Under the pieces are notes generated by a model. The model worked only from the letters and a program-made list of their open reading frames with translations, had not been told where the DNA came from and did no database searches. This document shows, in pieces, positions 1-9,046 of a stretch of 64,000 bases of DNA. The position numbers and the translations under genes were made by a program. Each line of letters starts with the position of its first letter. Positions within the stretch are counted from its first letter, which is position 1. The DNA comes from Xylanimonas sp. McL0601 (GTDB lineage Bacteria; Actinomycetota; Actinomycetes; Actinomycetales; Cellulomonadaceae): assembly GCF_049852175.1 (NCBI RefSeq), contig NZ_CP187527.1, forward strand, positions 181,104 through 245,103, given 5' to 3'.

Positions 1-267
1 GCACGCTCGCGCACGACGTCGGACGCACCCGTGGACGGCTCGCCCGCGCAGAGGTTGAGCACGTCGCGCCCCAGGGCCCGCCGCTGGTTGGCTGCGGCGA
101 GGATCTCCATGACCGCAAAGGCCGGGACGTGGGAGCGACGCGAGACCTTCATGGGGCCATCTTCGCCGAGGACGCGGCCGGGCGGGCCGCGGCATGTCGC
201 CCGATCGTTGCCAGACCGTTGCGCGCCGGTGCTGGACGGCGCCTGGACGCGACGTCACAGTGACGCC

Positions 268-1581
268 ATGAGGTCGCACGGTCGCCCCTCGCGCGCCGCC
301 CTGATCGTCCCCGTGGCGGTCGCCGGCGTCGGCCTGCTGCTGAGCGGGTGCGGCGCCCCCGACCCGGCCCGCGGGCTCGAGATCGCCCCCGACATCCACG
401 CCCGCCAGGTCGCGGTCTCCGACGCCGATGCCCTGCCCGCCGTCGTCGACGCGACCCGCCGCATCGGCACCACGATGCTGCAGGACGCGCCCGGTGACGC
501 CAACGCCGTCGTCTCCCCTTCGAGCGTCACTGTCGCGCTGTCGATGCTGGCCGACGGCGCGCGCGCCAGCACGCTCACGGAGCTCGAGCAGGTGCTGGGT
601 GCGTCCGGCAAGGGGCGGCGCGACGCCGTCGCCGCCCTGCGCGGGGTGCTGCTGAGGTACGACGGCGACCCCGGCGTCGTCCGGGCCAAGACGCTTCCGG
701 CCCAGCCCATGGTGCACCTGGCCACCCAGGTCGCGGTGGACGACCAGCTCCGGCCGTCCGCCGAGTACCTGGGCGCCCTGGCCGACGGCTACGGCGTCGG
801 GGTGCAGCACGTCGATCTCGGGTCGGGCGCCGGGAAGTCGGCGCTCGACGACTGGGTCAGGTACCACTCGGGCGGTCTCGCCGAGAAATCGGCGATCCGG
901 CCGGGCCCCGACCTGCGGCTGGTGCTGCAGGACGCGATCGTCCTCGCCGCCCGCTGGGAGACCCCGTTCGCCGAGTACGCCACCTCGGACCGGCCGTTCA
1001 CCCTGGCCGACGGCACGCAGGTCGACACCCAGACCATGGCCAACGGCGTGACGGCGGCGTTCGCCGAGGTCGACGGATGGCGGGCGCTCCGCCTGCCGTA
1101 CGTCGGCGGGCAGCTGCACGCCGACCTCGTGCTCCCGCCGTCGGGCACCGACCCCGCCTACGCGACGCCCGAGCTGCTCGCCGCGCTCGACGAGGCGCTC
1201 GCCGGCGCGGAGAACCAGCGGGTCGAGCTCTGGCTGCCGACGCTCGATGTCAAGTCCGAGGGGCTCGACCTCCGCGAGACGATCGGGGCGCTCGGTGCAC
1301 CCTCGGTCCTCGACCCGGACGCCGCCGACCTCACCGGGATGGGCACCGACGTCGACGGGAACCGCCTCTTCCTCGGACAGGCCGTGCAGCAGGCCGTGCT
1401 CCAGGTCGACGAGGAGGGCACGCGCGCCGCGGCCGTCACCGAGCTCGGCGCGACGGGGTCCGGCGCCCCCGCGGAGCCCACCGTCACGCTGCACCTGGAC
1501 CGCCCGTTCCTCGTCGAGCTCGCGCACACGTCGACGTCCTGGCCGCTGTTCCTGGCGGCGATCCCCGACCCGCGGCACTGA
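268..1581 (+). CDS. Serpin-family protease inhibitor, probable lipoprotein
   Basis: Serpin N-terminal motif (VVSPSSVTVALSMLADGARASTLTELEQVLG) and C-terminal hinge/end (DRPFLVELAHTSTSWPLFLAAIPDP). Start taken at MRSHG (ATG 268), followed by signal peptide plus lipobox LLLSGC. The 31..267 in-frame extension is R-rich and discarded. Confidence 0.7.
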   Translation: MRSHGRPSRAALIVPVAVAGVGLLLSGCGAPDPARGLEIAPDIHARQVAVSDADALPAVVDATRRIGTTMLQDAPGDANAVVSPSSVTVALSMLADGARASTLTELEQVLGASGKGRRDAVAALRGVLLRYDGDPGVVRAKTLPAQPMVHLATQVAVDDQLRPSAEYLGALADGYGVGVQHVDLGSGAGKSALDDWVRYHSGGLAEKSAIRPGPDLRLVLQDAIVLAARWETPFAEYATSDRPFTLADGTQVDTQTMANGVTAAFAEVDGWRALRLPYVGGQLHADLVLPPSGTDPAYATPELLAALDEALAGAENQRVELWLPTLDVKSEGLDLRETIGALGAPSVLDPDAADLTGMGTDVDGNRLFLGQAVQQAVLQVDEEGTRAAAVTELGATGSGAPAEPTVTLHLDRPFLVELAHTSTSWPLFLAAIPDPRH

Positions 1582-1616
1582 ACGCGCCCCGCTAGCGTGG
1601 ACCCGCGGGCTCTACG

Positions 1617-2441
1617 GTGGTCACCGTGACCACCGCCGCCGACGTCGTCGCCGCCATCCGCTCCGCCACCCCTGCCGCGCCCCGCCCCACGACGGTCGAC
1701 GCGTTCCTCGACGGCGACCCAGCCACCGAGGTCACCGGGATCGCCGTCACGACGATGGCCTCGCTGGACGTCCTGCGCCGTGCCGCCGACGCCGGCGCGA
1801 ACCTGGTGATCACGCACGAGCCGCTCTACTTCGACCACGCAGACAACGCCCGCGGCGACCTCGAGACCGAGGCCGACCCCGTGTACGTCGCCAAGAGAGC
1901 GTTTGTACAGAAGGCGGGCTTCGTCGTCTGGCACCTCCACGACCAGTGGCACGACCAGCGCCCGGACGGCATCGACGCCGCCACCGCCGCAGAGCTCGGC
2001 TGGACGCTCGACGCCACGGAGGCGGCCACCGGCATCAGCGTCGCCACCATCGAGCCGACGACCCTCCGCGACCTGGCCCGCCACGTCGCCGCCACGCTCG
2101 ACGCCACGGCTCTGCGCTTCATCGGCGACCCGGACGCCGTCGTCACACGGGTGGGCCTCGACCTCGGCTTCCGCGGCTTCGGCCGCAACCGCGCCCTGCT
2201 GCGCCGCGCCGACGTGGACGTCGCCGTCGTCGGCGAGCTGCACGAGTGGGAGACGGGGGAGTACGCCGTCGACGCCGTCGCCGCCGGCGTCAGCAAGGGC
2301 CTGATCGCCATCGGCCACGTGCCCAGCGAGCAAGCGGGCATGCGCGCCGTCGCCGCGTGGCTGCCGGGCGTGCTCGCGGCCGCCGGGCGTGTTATCCCGG
2401 TCACCTACGTCACGACGCCGGACACTTTCCGCACGCTCTGA
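1617..2441 (+). CDS. Nif3-family dinuclear metal centre protein (YbgI/YqfO-like)
   Basis: GANLVITHEPLYF and WHLHDQWHDQ motifs resemble the Nif3 GADxVIxHH...WHLPLD signature. Confidence 0.55.
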   Translation: MVTVTTAADVVAAIRSATPAAPRPTTVDAFLDGDPATEVTGIAVTTMASLDVLRRAADAGANLVITHEPLYFDHADNARGDLETEADPVYVAKRAFVQKAGFVVWHLHDQWHDQRPDGIDAATAAELGWTLDATEAATGISVATIEPTTLRDLARHVAATLDATALRFIGDPDAVVTRVGLDLGFRGFGRNRALLRRADVDVAVVGELHEWETGEYAVDAVAAGVSKGLIAIGHVPSEQAGMRAVAAWLPGVLAAAGRVIPVTYVTTPDTFRTL

Positions 2442-2466
2442 CCTGCGCGTTGCTACCTTGCGAAGG

Positions 2467-3555
2467 GTGAGCGACGCACCCGGAGGCTGGGAGCCCGACG
2501 TCCTGCCGGGCTTCGAGCGGCTCACGCTGCCGCTCGCGCCCGACGACGAGGGCGAGGTCGTCGCGACGCTGGTGCGCCGCGCCCGGCCCGCCGACGGTAC
2601 GCCGGCGGCGAGGGACGCCGGCGTCGACCTCCTCTACGTCCACGGCTGGATCGACTACTTCTTCCAGGCGCACCTCGCCGACTTCTGGGAGGGTCTGGGC
2701 GTCCGCTTCCACGCCCTGGACCTGCGGAAATACGGCCGCAGCCTGCGCCCGCACCAGACGCCGGGCTACACGCACGACCTGTCCCTCTACGACGAGGAGC
2801 TGGACGAGGCGCTGGCGATCATGGGCCATGTCGCGCTCCCCGCCGACCTGTCAGCGCCAGACGGCGCCGCAGCGCTCCCTGGACCTGACAAGCAGAAGCG
2901 CAGGCTGCTGCTCATGGGCCACTCCACCGGCGGCCTCACTCTCGCCCTGTGGACCGACCGCCACCCCGGCCGCGCCGACGGCCTCGTGCTCAACAGCCCC
3001 TGGCTCGAGTTCCAGACCCGCTACCTGGGCCGCCGCGTGCTCGAGGGTCCGGTCCGCGCCCAGGCCGCTGTCGCACCGCGCAGCCATCTCGTCAACGTCG
3101 ACCAGGGCTTCTACGTGCGCTCCATCTCGAACCGTTACGACGGCGAGTGGGACTACAGCCCGGCGTGGCGGCCCGACGTCGGCTGGCGGGCCACCCCGGC
3201 GTGGCTCGCCGCCGTGTTCCAAGGCCACGAGCGCGTGGCGAACGGCCTGCACATCGACGTGCCGATCCTCGTGCTGCTCTCGGCCCGCTCGACGACGCCG
3301 GTGCGCTGGCACGACGACATGATGCGCACGGACTCGGTGCTCGACGTCCCGGGCGTGGCCCGGCGCGTCCCCAACCTGGGCTCGGTGGTCACGCTCGTGC
3401 GGATCGAAGGCGCCCTGCACGACGTGACGTTGTCGGCCCCCGAGGTCCGCGCGGAGGTGTGGCGCGAGACGGCCCGCTGGTTCCGGGGCTACGTCGCCCC
3501 GCCCCCGCCACCGTCGTCCGCACGCGACCCCTGGTGGCGCCGGCTGCTCAGCTGA
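2467..3555 (+). CDS. alpha/beta-fold hydrolase (lysophospholipase-like)
   Basis: Nucleophile elbow GHSTGG, LLYVHGW, C-terminal His motif. Start uncertain (GTG 2467 or TTG 2458 within ORF 2389..3555). Confidence 0.6.
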   Translation: MSDAPGGWEPDVLPGFERLTLPLAPDDEGEVVATLVRRARPADGTPAARDAGVDLLYVHGWIDYFFQAHLADFWEGLGVRFHALDLRKYGRSLRPHQTPGYTHDLSLYDEELDEALAIMGHVALPADLSAPDGAAALPGPDKQKRRLLLMGHSTGGLTLALWTDRHPGRADGLVLNSPWLEFQTRYLGRRVLEGPVRAQAAVAPRSHLVNVDQGFYVRSISNRYDGEWDYSPAWRPDVGWRATPAWLAAVFQGHERVANGLHIDVPILVLLSARSTTPVRWHDDMMRTDSVLDVPGVARRVPNLGSVVTLVRIEGALHDVTLSAPEVRAEVWRETARWFRGYVAPPPPPSSARDPWWRRLLS

Positions 3556-4081
3556 CGGGTCGCGCCAGCTCCTCCTCGCGGCCGATCGAGCCCTCGAACG
3601 CCTCACCCGACGGCACGAAACCATCCTTGAGGTAGGCCGCGCGCGCCCGCGCGTTGTCGGCGTGCACGTACAGGCGGGCGCGCTCGGCCCCCTGCTCGCG
3701 GGCCCACTCGACGACGGCGTCGATCGCCCGCTGGATCAGCCCGCGGCCGCGGTGCCCGGGGTTCAGCCACACGCCGACCACGTGGACCTGACGCTGCTCG
3801 ACGGGCCGTCCCTCGAAGTCGGCGGAGCCCGGCTCCTCCAGCAGCCCGGTGGCCGTGCCGACCCAGCGCCCGTCGTCGTCCACCACGACGTAGTGCGCGA
3901 CGGCGCCGCCGGTCGCGGCGTTCGCGGCGCGCTCCTGCCAGAACAGGTCAGGACGCGCGGACGCGTCCTCGAAGGTGTCGAGGAAGGCCAGGTGCGCGTC
4001 CGGGTCCTGCAAGGACTCGAGCCGGATCGCCCGGACGGCCTGCCACTCGTCGGAACGGACACGTCGCACGGTGTAGGCCAT
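3548..4081 (-). CDS. GNAT family N-acetyltransferase
   Basis: MAYTVRRVRSDEW... with acetyl-CoA motif VWLNPGHRGRGLIQRAID. ATG at 4081; upstream 270 nt of the ORF is R/S-rich junk. Confidence 0.7.
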   Translation of the reverse strand: MAYTVRRVRSDEWQAVRAIRLESLQDPDAHLAFLDTFEDASARPDLFWQERAANAATGGAVAHYVVVDDDGRWVGTATGLLEEPGSADFEGRPVEQRQVHVVGVWLNPGHRGRGLIQRAIDAVVEWAREQGAERARLYVHADNARARAAYLKDGFVPSGEAFEGSIGREEELARPVS

Positions 4082-4124
4082 GCGCGGCATCCTTGCAGAC
4101 GCACCGGCGGGGTGATGCCCCCGG

Positions 4125-4658
4125 TCAGGCCGCCGCGTGCACCCCGAGCCGCTCACGCACGTACGCCACGATCCCCGGCGTCGCCGCCTCGAGCTCGCGC
4201 AGGCAGACCTCGAAGTCCTCCATGCCCCCGTACCAGGGGTCTTCGACGTCAAGCACGTGCTCACCCTCGCCGGCCCGCAGCTCGGACGCCTCGGGGTCGA
4301 ACGAGCGGAACATGCGGATCTCGGGGCCCGCGTCGCCGTCCGTGGGGGCAAGCCGGCGCAGCGCCCGCGCGTGGTGCGCCGTCATCGGCAGCAGCAGGTC
4401 GCGCCGAGCCACCTCGTCCGAGGTGACGCGGTGCGCCCGGTGACCGTCACCAGCGGGGTACCCGTGGGCGGCCATCACGGTCCGCGCGCGCGCGTCCATG
4501 GGGTTGCCCTCCTCCTCGGCGCTGACGCCCGAGGAGTCCACGACCACGTCCTGGTCCAGGCCCTCGGCGGCGAATGCCTCGCGCAGCAGGATCTCGGCCA
4601 TGGGGGACCGGCAGATGTTGCCGGTGCACACCGTCATCACACGGAAGGACACGTTCAT
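4125..4658 (-). CDS. low-molecular-weight protein-tyrosine phosphatase
   Basis: P-loop CTGNICRSP and the DPWYGG DP motif. ATG 4658 preceded by GGGGGAAG RBS. Confidence 0.8.
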   Translation of the reverse strand: MNVSFRVMTVCTGNICRSPMAEILLREAFAAEGLDQDVVVDSSGVSAEEEGNPMDARARTVMAAHGYPAGDGHRAHRVTSDEVARRDLLLPMTAHHARALRRLAPTDGDAGPEIRMFRSFDPEASELRAGEGEHVLDVEDPWYGGMEDFEVCLRELEAATPGIVAYVRERLGVHAAA

Positions 4659-4730
4659 GTCAGCATCTTCCCCCACGTCCATCGACCGGGAGGCCGCGCG
4701 GCGCGTCGAGCACCGTCCTACGGTGAGGTC

Positions 4731-5636
4731 ATGACTCGCCGGGCCGACGACGTCGTGGCAGTGACGGGCGCGAGCGGCAGGCTCGGCGCCCGCCTCGCGC
4801 TGCGCCTCGCCGCGGAGGCTGCCCAGCAGCGCCTGATCGTCAGGGACCGAGCGCGCGCCCCACGACTCCCGGACGGCGCCGCGCTGCCCGACTCGGAGGT
4901 CGCCGTCGTCGCGTCGTACTCCGACGGCGAGGGCATGCGCCGCGCGCTCGACGGCGTCCGCGTGCTGTTCCTGGTCAGCGCCCAGGAGGGGGGCGACCGG
5001 GTGGCCGCGCACGTGTCCGCGATCGACGCGGCGGTCGCGGCCGGGGTCGAGCGTGTCGTGTACACGTCGTTCGTCGGCGCCGCCCCGGACTCCGTCTTCA
5101 CCTTCGCGCGCGACCACTGGTACACCGAGCAGCACCTGCGCGCGTCGGGTCTGCGCTGGACCTTCCTGCGCGACAACCTGTACCACCACGCGCTGACCGT
5201 GTTCGTCGGCGCCGACGGCGTCATCCGCGGCCCGGCGGCTGAGGGTCGCGTCGCGTCGGTCTCGCACGACGACGTCGCCGACGTCGCCACGGCCGTCCTG
5301 CTCGACGAGCGCCCGCACGCGCACGACGCGCGCACCTATGAGCTGACCGGCCCGGAGGCGATCACGCTGGCGGAGGCGGCCGCGACGCTCACCGAGCTGA
5401 CCGGCCGGCCGATCCGTTACGAGGCCGAGTCGGTGGAGCAGGCCTACGCCGCGCGCGCGGGGTACGGCGTCGGACCTGAGGTCGTGGAGGGGTGGGTCAC
5501 CTCGTACACGGCGATCGCCGAGGGCGCGATGGAGCACGTCTCGGCCGACGTCGAGCGGCTGGTGGGACGCCCGGCGCGCTCGTTCGCCGCGTGGTTCGAC
5601 GACTACCCGGACCAGTGGCAGCACCTGGTGGCGTGA
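4731..5636 (+). CDS. NmrA-like / SDR-family NAD(P)-binding protein
   Basis: Rossmann motif VAVTGASGRLG at the N-terminus. ATG 4731. Antisense-overlapping ORF 4125..5624 rejected. Confidence 0.7.
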   Translation: MTRRADDVVAVTGASGRLGARLALRLAAEAAQQRLIVRDRARAPRLPDGAALPDSEVAVVASYSDGEGMRRALDGVRVLFLVSAQEGGDRVAAHVSAIDAAVAAGVERVVYTSFVGAAPDSVFTFARDHWYTEQHLRASGLRWTFLRDNLYHHALTVFVGADGVIRGPAAEGRVASVSHDDVADVATAVLLDERPHAHDARTYELTGPEAITLAEAAATLTELTGRPIRYEAESVEQAYAARAGYGVGPEVVEGWVTSYTAIAEGAMEHVSADVERLVGRPARSFAAWFDDYPDQWQHLVA

Positions 5637-5944
5637 GGGCGGCCGAGGTTCGCCCTGGGTGTAATTCCGTAGACCTCCCCACGGGCCGGGCGTAGCGTCG
5701 CCGATACATCAGAAGGGAGGTGATCCGAGCAGATGAAGTCTCTTCGGACCGATGAGGTGGTCGCGCGCTAGCGCGTCCTGATCTTCCCGCCGCCGGCACC
5801 CGTCAGGGCCGACGGCGACCGGGACAAGGTGGCGAGTACCTACGCGACCACCGGAGCCCGCGGGTGCCGCGCCCTCGTCCAGCGCGGCAGGAGCCAACGC
5901 TCCGACCCGCGGGCTTTTCACTGCCCGCGCCTGATCGCCCGCGG

Positions 5945-6110
5945 CTACAGGCCGGGTCCGATGCCCGGCTCGCCTGCGGCGGCCTCGTGGTACGCCTGCG
6001 CCAGCCGCGCCAGCGCCAGCGCCCCGACCAGCAGGCCGAAGTCGCGCAGCGCGACGTCGTAGTACTCGCCCAGCGTGAGCAGGTTGACGATGATGCCCGC
6101 GAGCCACAAC
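5945..6110 (-). pseudogene. C-terminal remnant of a membrane protein (about 50 aa, no plausible N-terminus)
   Basis: Minus frame gives a coherent TM-like peptide ...YVVALWLAGIIVNLLTLGEYYDVALRDFGLLVGALALARLAQAYHEAAAGEPG* with high GC3. Upstream in-frame sequence is antisense of the 6075..6515 gene and non-protein-like. Confidence 0.25.
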
Positions 6111-6515
6111 GCGACGACGTACGCCGGTCGGCTGGTGGCTGCAGCGGTCGCCGAGGCCACGAGCACGGGCGTGACCGTGGGGGAGGCGCTGCACCGCAGA
6201 GCCGCGGAGCACGGCGCCACGCTGGGCGAGGCGGCGACGGCCGGCGACGGCCGACCGGCCACCCCGACGGCGGCCCTGGACCTCGCCGTCCGGACGCTCG
6301 CCGAGCACGGCTACGAGCCGCGGCGCGACGGCGCGAGCGCCGTGCTGGCCAACTGCCCGTTCCTGGCGCTCGCCGAGGCGCAGCGGGATCTGGTGTGCGG
6401 CATGAACCACGCGCTGGTCACCGGGGTGGTCGAGGGCATCGCTCCTGGAACCGTCAGCGCCCGGCTGGAGCCCGCGCCCGGCCGCTGCTGCGTGACCCTC
6501 GCCGTCGGCTCCTAG
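6075..6515 (+). CDS. hypothetical protein, probably the C-terminal effector domain of an HTH regulator that has lost its N-terminal HTH
   Basis: Very high GC3 coding frame and conserved-looking block LANCPFLALAEAQRDLVCGMNHALVTGVVEGI. In-frame TAG at 6060-6062 immediately upstream of the GTG start; no DNA-binding domain present. Confidence 0.4.
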   Translation: MSRLTMMPASHNATTYAGRLVAAAVAEATSTGVTVGEALHRRAAEHGATLGEAATAGDGRPATPTAALDLAVRTLAEHGYEPRRDGASAVLANCPFLALAEAQRDLVCGMNHALVTGVVEGIAPGTVSARLEPAPGRCCVTLAVGS

Positions 6516-6662
6516 CCTCGGCTCCTAGCCCCGGCTCCGGCGACCCCGGTCACCGACGTCGGAGACAGCGATTGCCTGCGGACCGCGCCACCAGCAGGCT
6601 GGACCGATGATCGCCCCGAGAGTGCCGGCCCAGCGCGGGCGCGGGACCGCGAGGCCGCTCGC

Positions 6663-7085
6663 ATGACCCGCCGTCTGGGCGGCCTCGTGCTCGGCTGGAC
6701 GCTCGTCGTGCTGGGCGTCGCGGCACTCGTTCTTCCAGGACCGGGACTGCTGCTGCTCGCGGGCGGGCTGGTGGTGCTGTCCCAGGAGTACGAATGGGCG
6801 GAACGCCGCGTCGAGCCCGTGCGGGCCAAGGCCTTCGAGCTGGCGCAAGCAGGCGTGCGGGACTGGCGAAGCGTGGCGTTGAGCCTTGTCCTGGCATTGG
6901 GGCTGATCGCGCTCGGCGTGATCTGGGGGCTCGGCCCGCCCGCGCCCGACTGGTGGCCGCTCGAGGAGCGGTGGTGGCTCCCGGGCGGCTGGGGCACGGG
7001 GTCGAGCCTGATCGGATCGGGGCTGATCGCCCTCGGGCTGCTGGTCTACAGCTATCGCCGGTTCCGGGGTGACGCGGCGCGCTGA
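6663..7085 (+). CDS. PGPGW-domain small membrane protein
   Basis: LVLPGPGLLLLAGGLVVLS motif, two TM pairs, W-rich C-terminus. Confidence 0.7.
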   Translation: MTRRLGGLVLGWTLVVLGVAALVLPGPGLLLLAGGLVVLSQEYEWAERRVEPVRAKAFELAQAGVRDWRSVALSLVLALGLIALGVIWGLGPPAPDWWPLEERWWLPGGWGTGSSLIGSGLIALGLLVYSYRRFRGDAAR

Positions 7086-7126
7086 CGACGTGTCGAGCTG
7101 GCCGGGATCGAGCCGCGCCGGTGCTG

Positions 7127-8560
7127 CTACCTCAGCCGCCTGTAGGTCGTCGTGCGCCCCTTCCCGCCGATCTGTTCGACGAGCCCGGCTTCGCGCAGGG
7201 AGCGCAGCGTCTTGCGCAGCGCGGGCGCGGACTTCCCGGTTCGCTCGGTGAGTTCGTGGATCGTCACCGGTGCGCCGCCTAGCGCTTCGATCACCGCCCG
7301 CTCGGCCGGTGTTGGTGACCTGGCGCCGAGGTTTGATGTCGTCGCGGCCGTCTGCGGCGCCGAGCGCAGGATGGCGGTGAATGCGATGCCTTCGTCATTG
7401 AACTGTGGCTCCCGGAGCCCTGCCTCGGCGAGCGTGCGCCGCACGGTTGCGATCCCGGTGGCAAGCAGCTCGACGACGCGGGCGTCCGTTGGCGTGCGGG
7501 CGTAGCGGCAGATCTCCACGAGTCTGCCGTTGCGCGCCGAGGTCGCGTCGGGTTGTCCCAAGCGGTCGACTGTGAGCCCGTACAGCCCGCCCGGATTCGT
7601 CACCACGAGCCGGTCGGGAAGGAGCCTGACCTCGATCGCCCGCCCCTGCGACCAGGCATCCAGGTCGCGGTGGATGAGCGCGTTCGAGATCAGCTCGCGG
7701 AACGCTTCCAAGGGGTAGGCCCACTGGTCGCGGACTGCTCCGGCGTCGTCGGCGACAACGTGTTGGGGGAAGTTGGCGCGAGCCCAGGCGACCGACTCCT
7801 CGAGCATCACCGGGATCGGTCCGGTCACGGTACGCGTTGCGGACGCGCGCACCCCGGGGCGGTCGACGACGGCGAGGTTGACCACGAAACGCTCGAAGAA
7901 TTGTTGGGGATGGACTCCTAGCGCGAGGAGTCCTGCCGTTGTGACCTTGCCATCGGGAGTCACAATTCCCGCCCGGACCACCCGGTCCTCGGGAGTGAAC
8001 CGGCCCAGACCAGCCGGATCACGCTCGACAACGGTGCGGTGCCACACCCCCAGGAGCTCCAGATCGAGGTCAGCGATCGCTGCCCCGGACACGGGTACAC
8101 GATCCGCGCGCGGTTGCTCGCGCTGGCGCAAGAAGCCCTGGACCTCGACGTCGGACATCCGGAAATCGCCGTCCCAATTGCGCAGCCAGGCCTCACCCGT
8201 TGCCCGCACCCGCGCGGGCTTCGCTGACGGCGGGCACTCGGGGACCCGGGCGACCACGACCGCCTCGCCGTCGAGGTCCACCTGGCGGATTTCCAACGTG
8301 ACCGGCGGCTCGAGCGCCCGCGCCACGCCAGCGAGACCTTGCTTGATCGCCTGGGGGTGCATCAGCCCGGAGGGCCTGAAGCCCGCGCGCTCGTCCAGTC
8401 CGAGCACGATTCGCCCACCGCCAGGCAGGTTCGCCAAAGCGCACAGAGTCCCGGCGAGATCGGTCGGAAGGCCGCCAGCCGCAGACTTCACCTCGATGTC
8501 CGAGGTGTCGCCACCGTTGCGGCGGAGGAGGTCGAGGATCTCAGCAAGCTCAGGGTCCAC
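7127..8560 (-). CDS. ATP-binding protein with Schlafen/AlbA_2-like N-terminal domain, HATPase_c_4 domain and C-terminal winged HTH
   Basis: DIEVKSAAGGLP (AlbA_2-like E..K motif), ELISNALIHRDLDAWS...VTNPGGLYG (HATPase_c_4-like), C-terminal HELTERTGKSAPALRKTLRSLREAGLVEQ wHTH. Codon third positions clearly less GC-rich than neighbours (aat gta act gga caa ...). Start set at GTG 8560; ORF extends to 8842 but that part overlaps repeat A and a terminator hairpin. Confidence 0.65.
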   Translation of the reverse strand: MDPELAEILDLLRRNGGDTSDIEVKSAAGGLPTDLAGTLCALANLPGGGRIVLGLDERAGFRPSGLMHPQAIKQGLAGVARALEPPVTLEIRQVDLDGEAVVVARVPECPPSAKPARVRATGEAWLRNWDGDFRMSDVEVQGFLRQREQPRADRVPVSGAAIADLDLELLGVWHRTVVERDPAGLGRFTPEDRVVRAGIVTPDGKVTTAGLLALGVHPQQFFERFVVNLAVVDRPGVRASATRTVTGPIPVMLEESVAWARANFPQHVVADDAGAVRDQWAYPLEAFRELISNALIHRDLDAWSQGRAIEVRLLPDRLVVTNPGGLYGLTVDRLGQPDATSARNGRLVEICRYARTPTDARVVELLATGIATVRRTLAEAGLREPQFNDEGIAFTAILRSAPQTAATTSNLGARSPTPAERAVIEALGGAPVTIHELTERTGKSAPALRKTLRSLREAGLVEQIGGKGRTTTYRRLR

Positions 8561-8565
8561 GAACC

Positions 8566-8603
8566 AAATGTAACCCCGGAGAGTTACATTTTCGGTTACA
8601 TTT
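8566..8603. promoter_or_regulatory. AT-rich operator-like inverted repeat AAATGTAACC-N18-GGTTACATTT immediately upstream of the 7127..8560 gene
   Basis: Perfect 10-bp inverted repeat in an unusually AT-rich stretch for this genome, positioned just 5' of the GTG start on the minus strand. Confidence 0.4.
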
Positions 8604-8711
8604 CGCCGCAAGGAGCGCAATTGCAGGGCTGAAGGTCTCCCGAAGCACAGGGACAGTGCCCAGGACGCCTGAGGAATGGTGCCCACAACGCGCCCCACGG
8701 CCAACAACAAA

Positions 8712-8845
8712 GGCCCCGGAATTGTTGGACTTCCAACGATTCCGGGGCCTTGCTCACGTGGGAGGTTTCCGAAACACCCTGGCCTCCATGAACACGACCG
8801 TTTCAGGATGCCCAGGCACACCTCAACCAGTCCTCCAGGCACATC
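8712..8845. repeat. Repeat copy A: GC hairpin (8712..8749), CTCACGTG core, GGAGGTTTCCGAAA, GCCCAGGCACA, CCTCCAGGCACA
   Basis: Shares about 95 bp of conserved blocks with copy B (14000..14090). Hairpin ggccccggaattgttgga/tccaacgattccggggcc followed on the minus strand by a T-rich run (terminator-like). Confidence 0.6.
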
Positions 8846-9046
8846 TACTCGTCGCCGTGCCCCTACACGCCTCGCGGAACTGGCTGGGCCCCGCTCGGCC
8901 GCGACGATTCGATGCGTAATCCGGGAGGCTCCCGTCTAGCAGGTCGGGTCCGGGTTGCCGCGGCCATGGCTGCGGCACCCGGTCCACACCCGGGCGCGAC
9001 GTCCCGGGTTCCCGTCCATCCCACCACCATCGAAAGAAGGTTCCTG

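Noticed and set aside
1158-2525. 455-aa minus-strand ORF antisense to the Nif3 gene
   Set aside because: Arg/Gly/Asp-rich low-complexity translation typical of the antisense frame in high-GC DNA; the sense strand carries a recognisable Nif3 protein.
4137-4730. 5' extension of the NmrA-like ORF overlapping the tyrosine phosphatase gene
   Set aside because: No protein-like sequence before MTRRADDVVAVTGASG; the phosphatase on the opposite strand explains this DNA.
5709-6610. ORFs 5709..6410 (-) and 5864..6610 (+)
   Set aside because: Arg-rich junk translations; frames conflict with better-supported fragments on both strands.
8561-8842. First 94 codons of the 571-aa ORF 7127..8842
   Set aside because: Region contains AT-rich palindromes, repeat A and a terminator hairpin; the translation there (CSWRPGCFGNLPREQGPGIVGSPTIPGP) is not protein-like, so the start was moved to GTG 8560.
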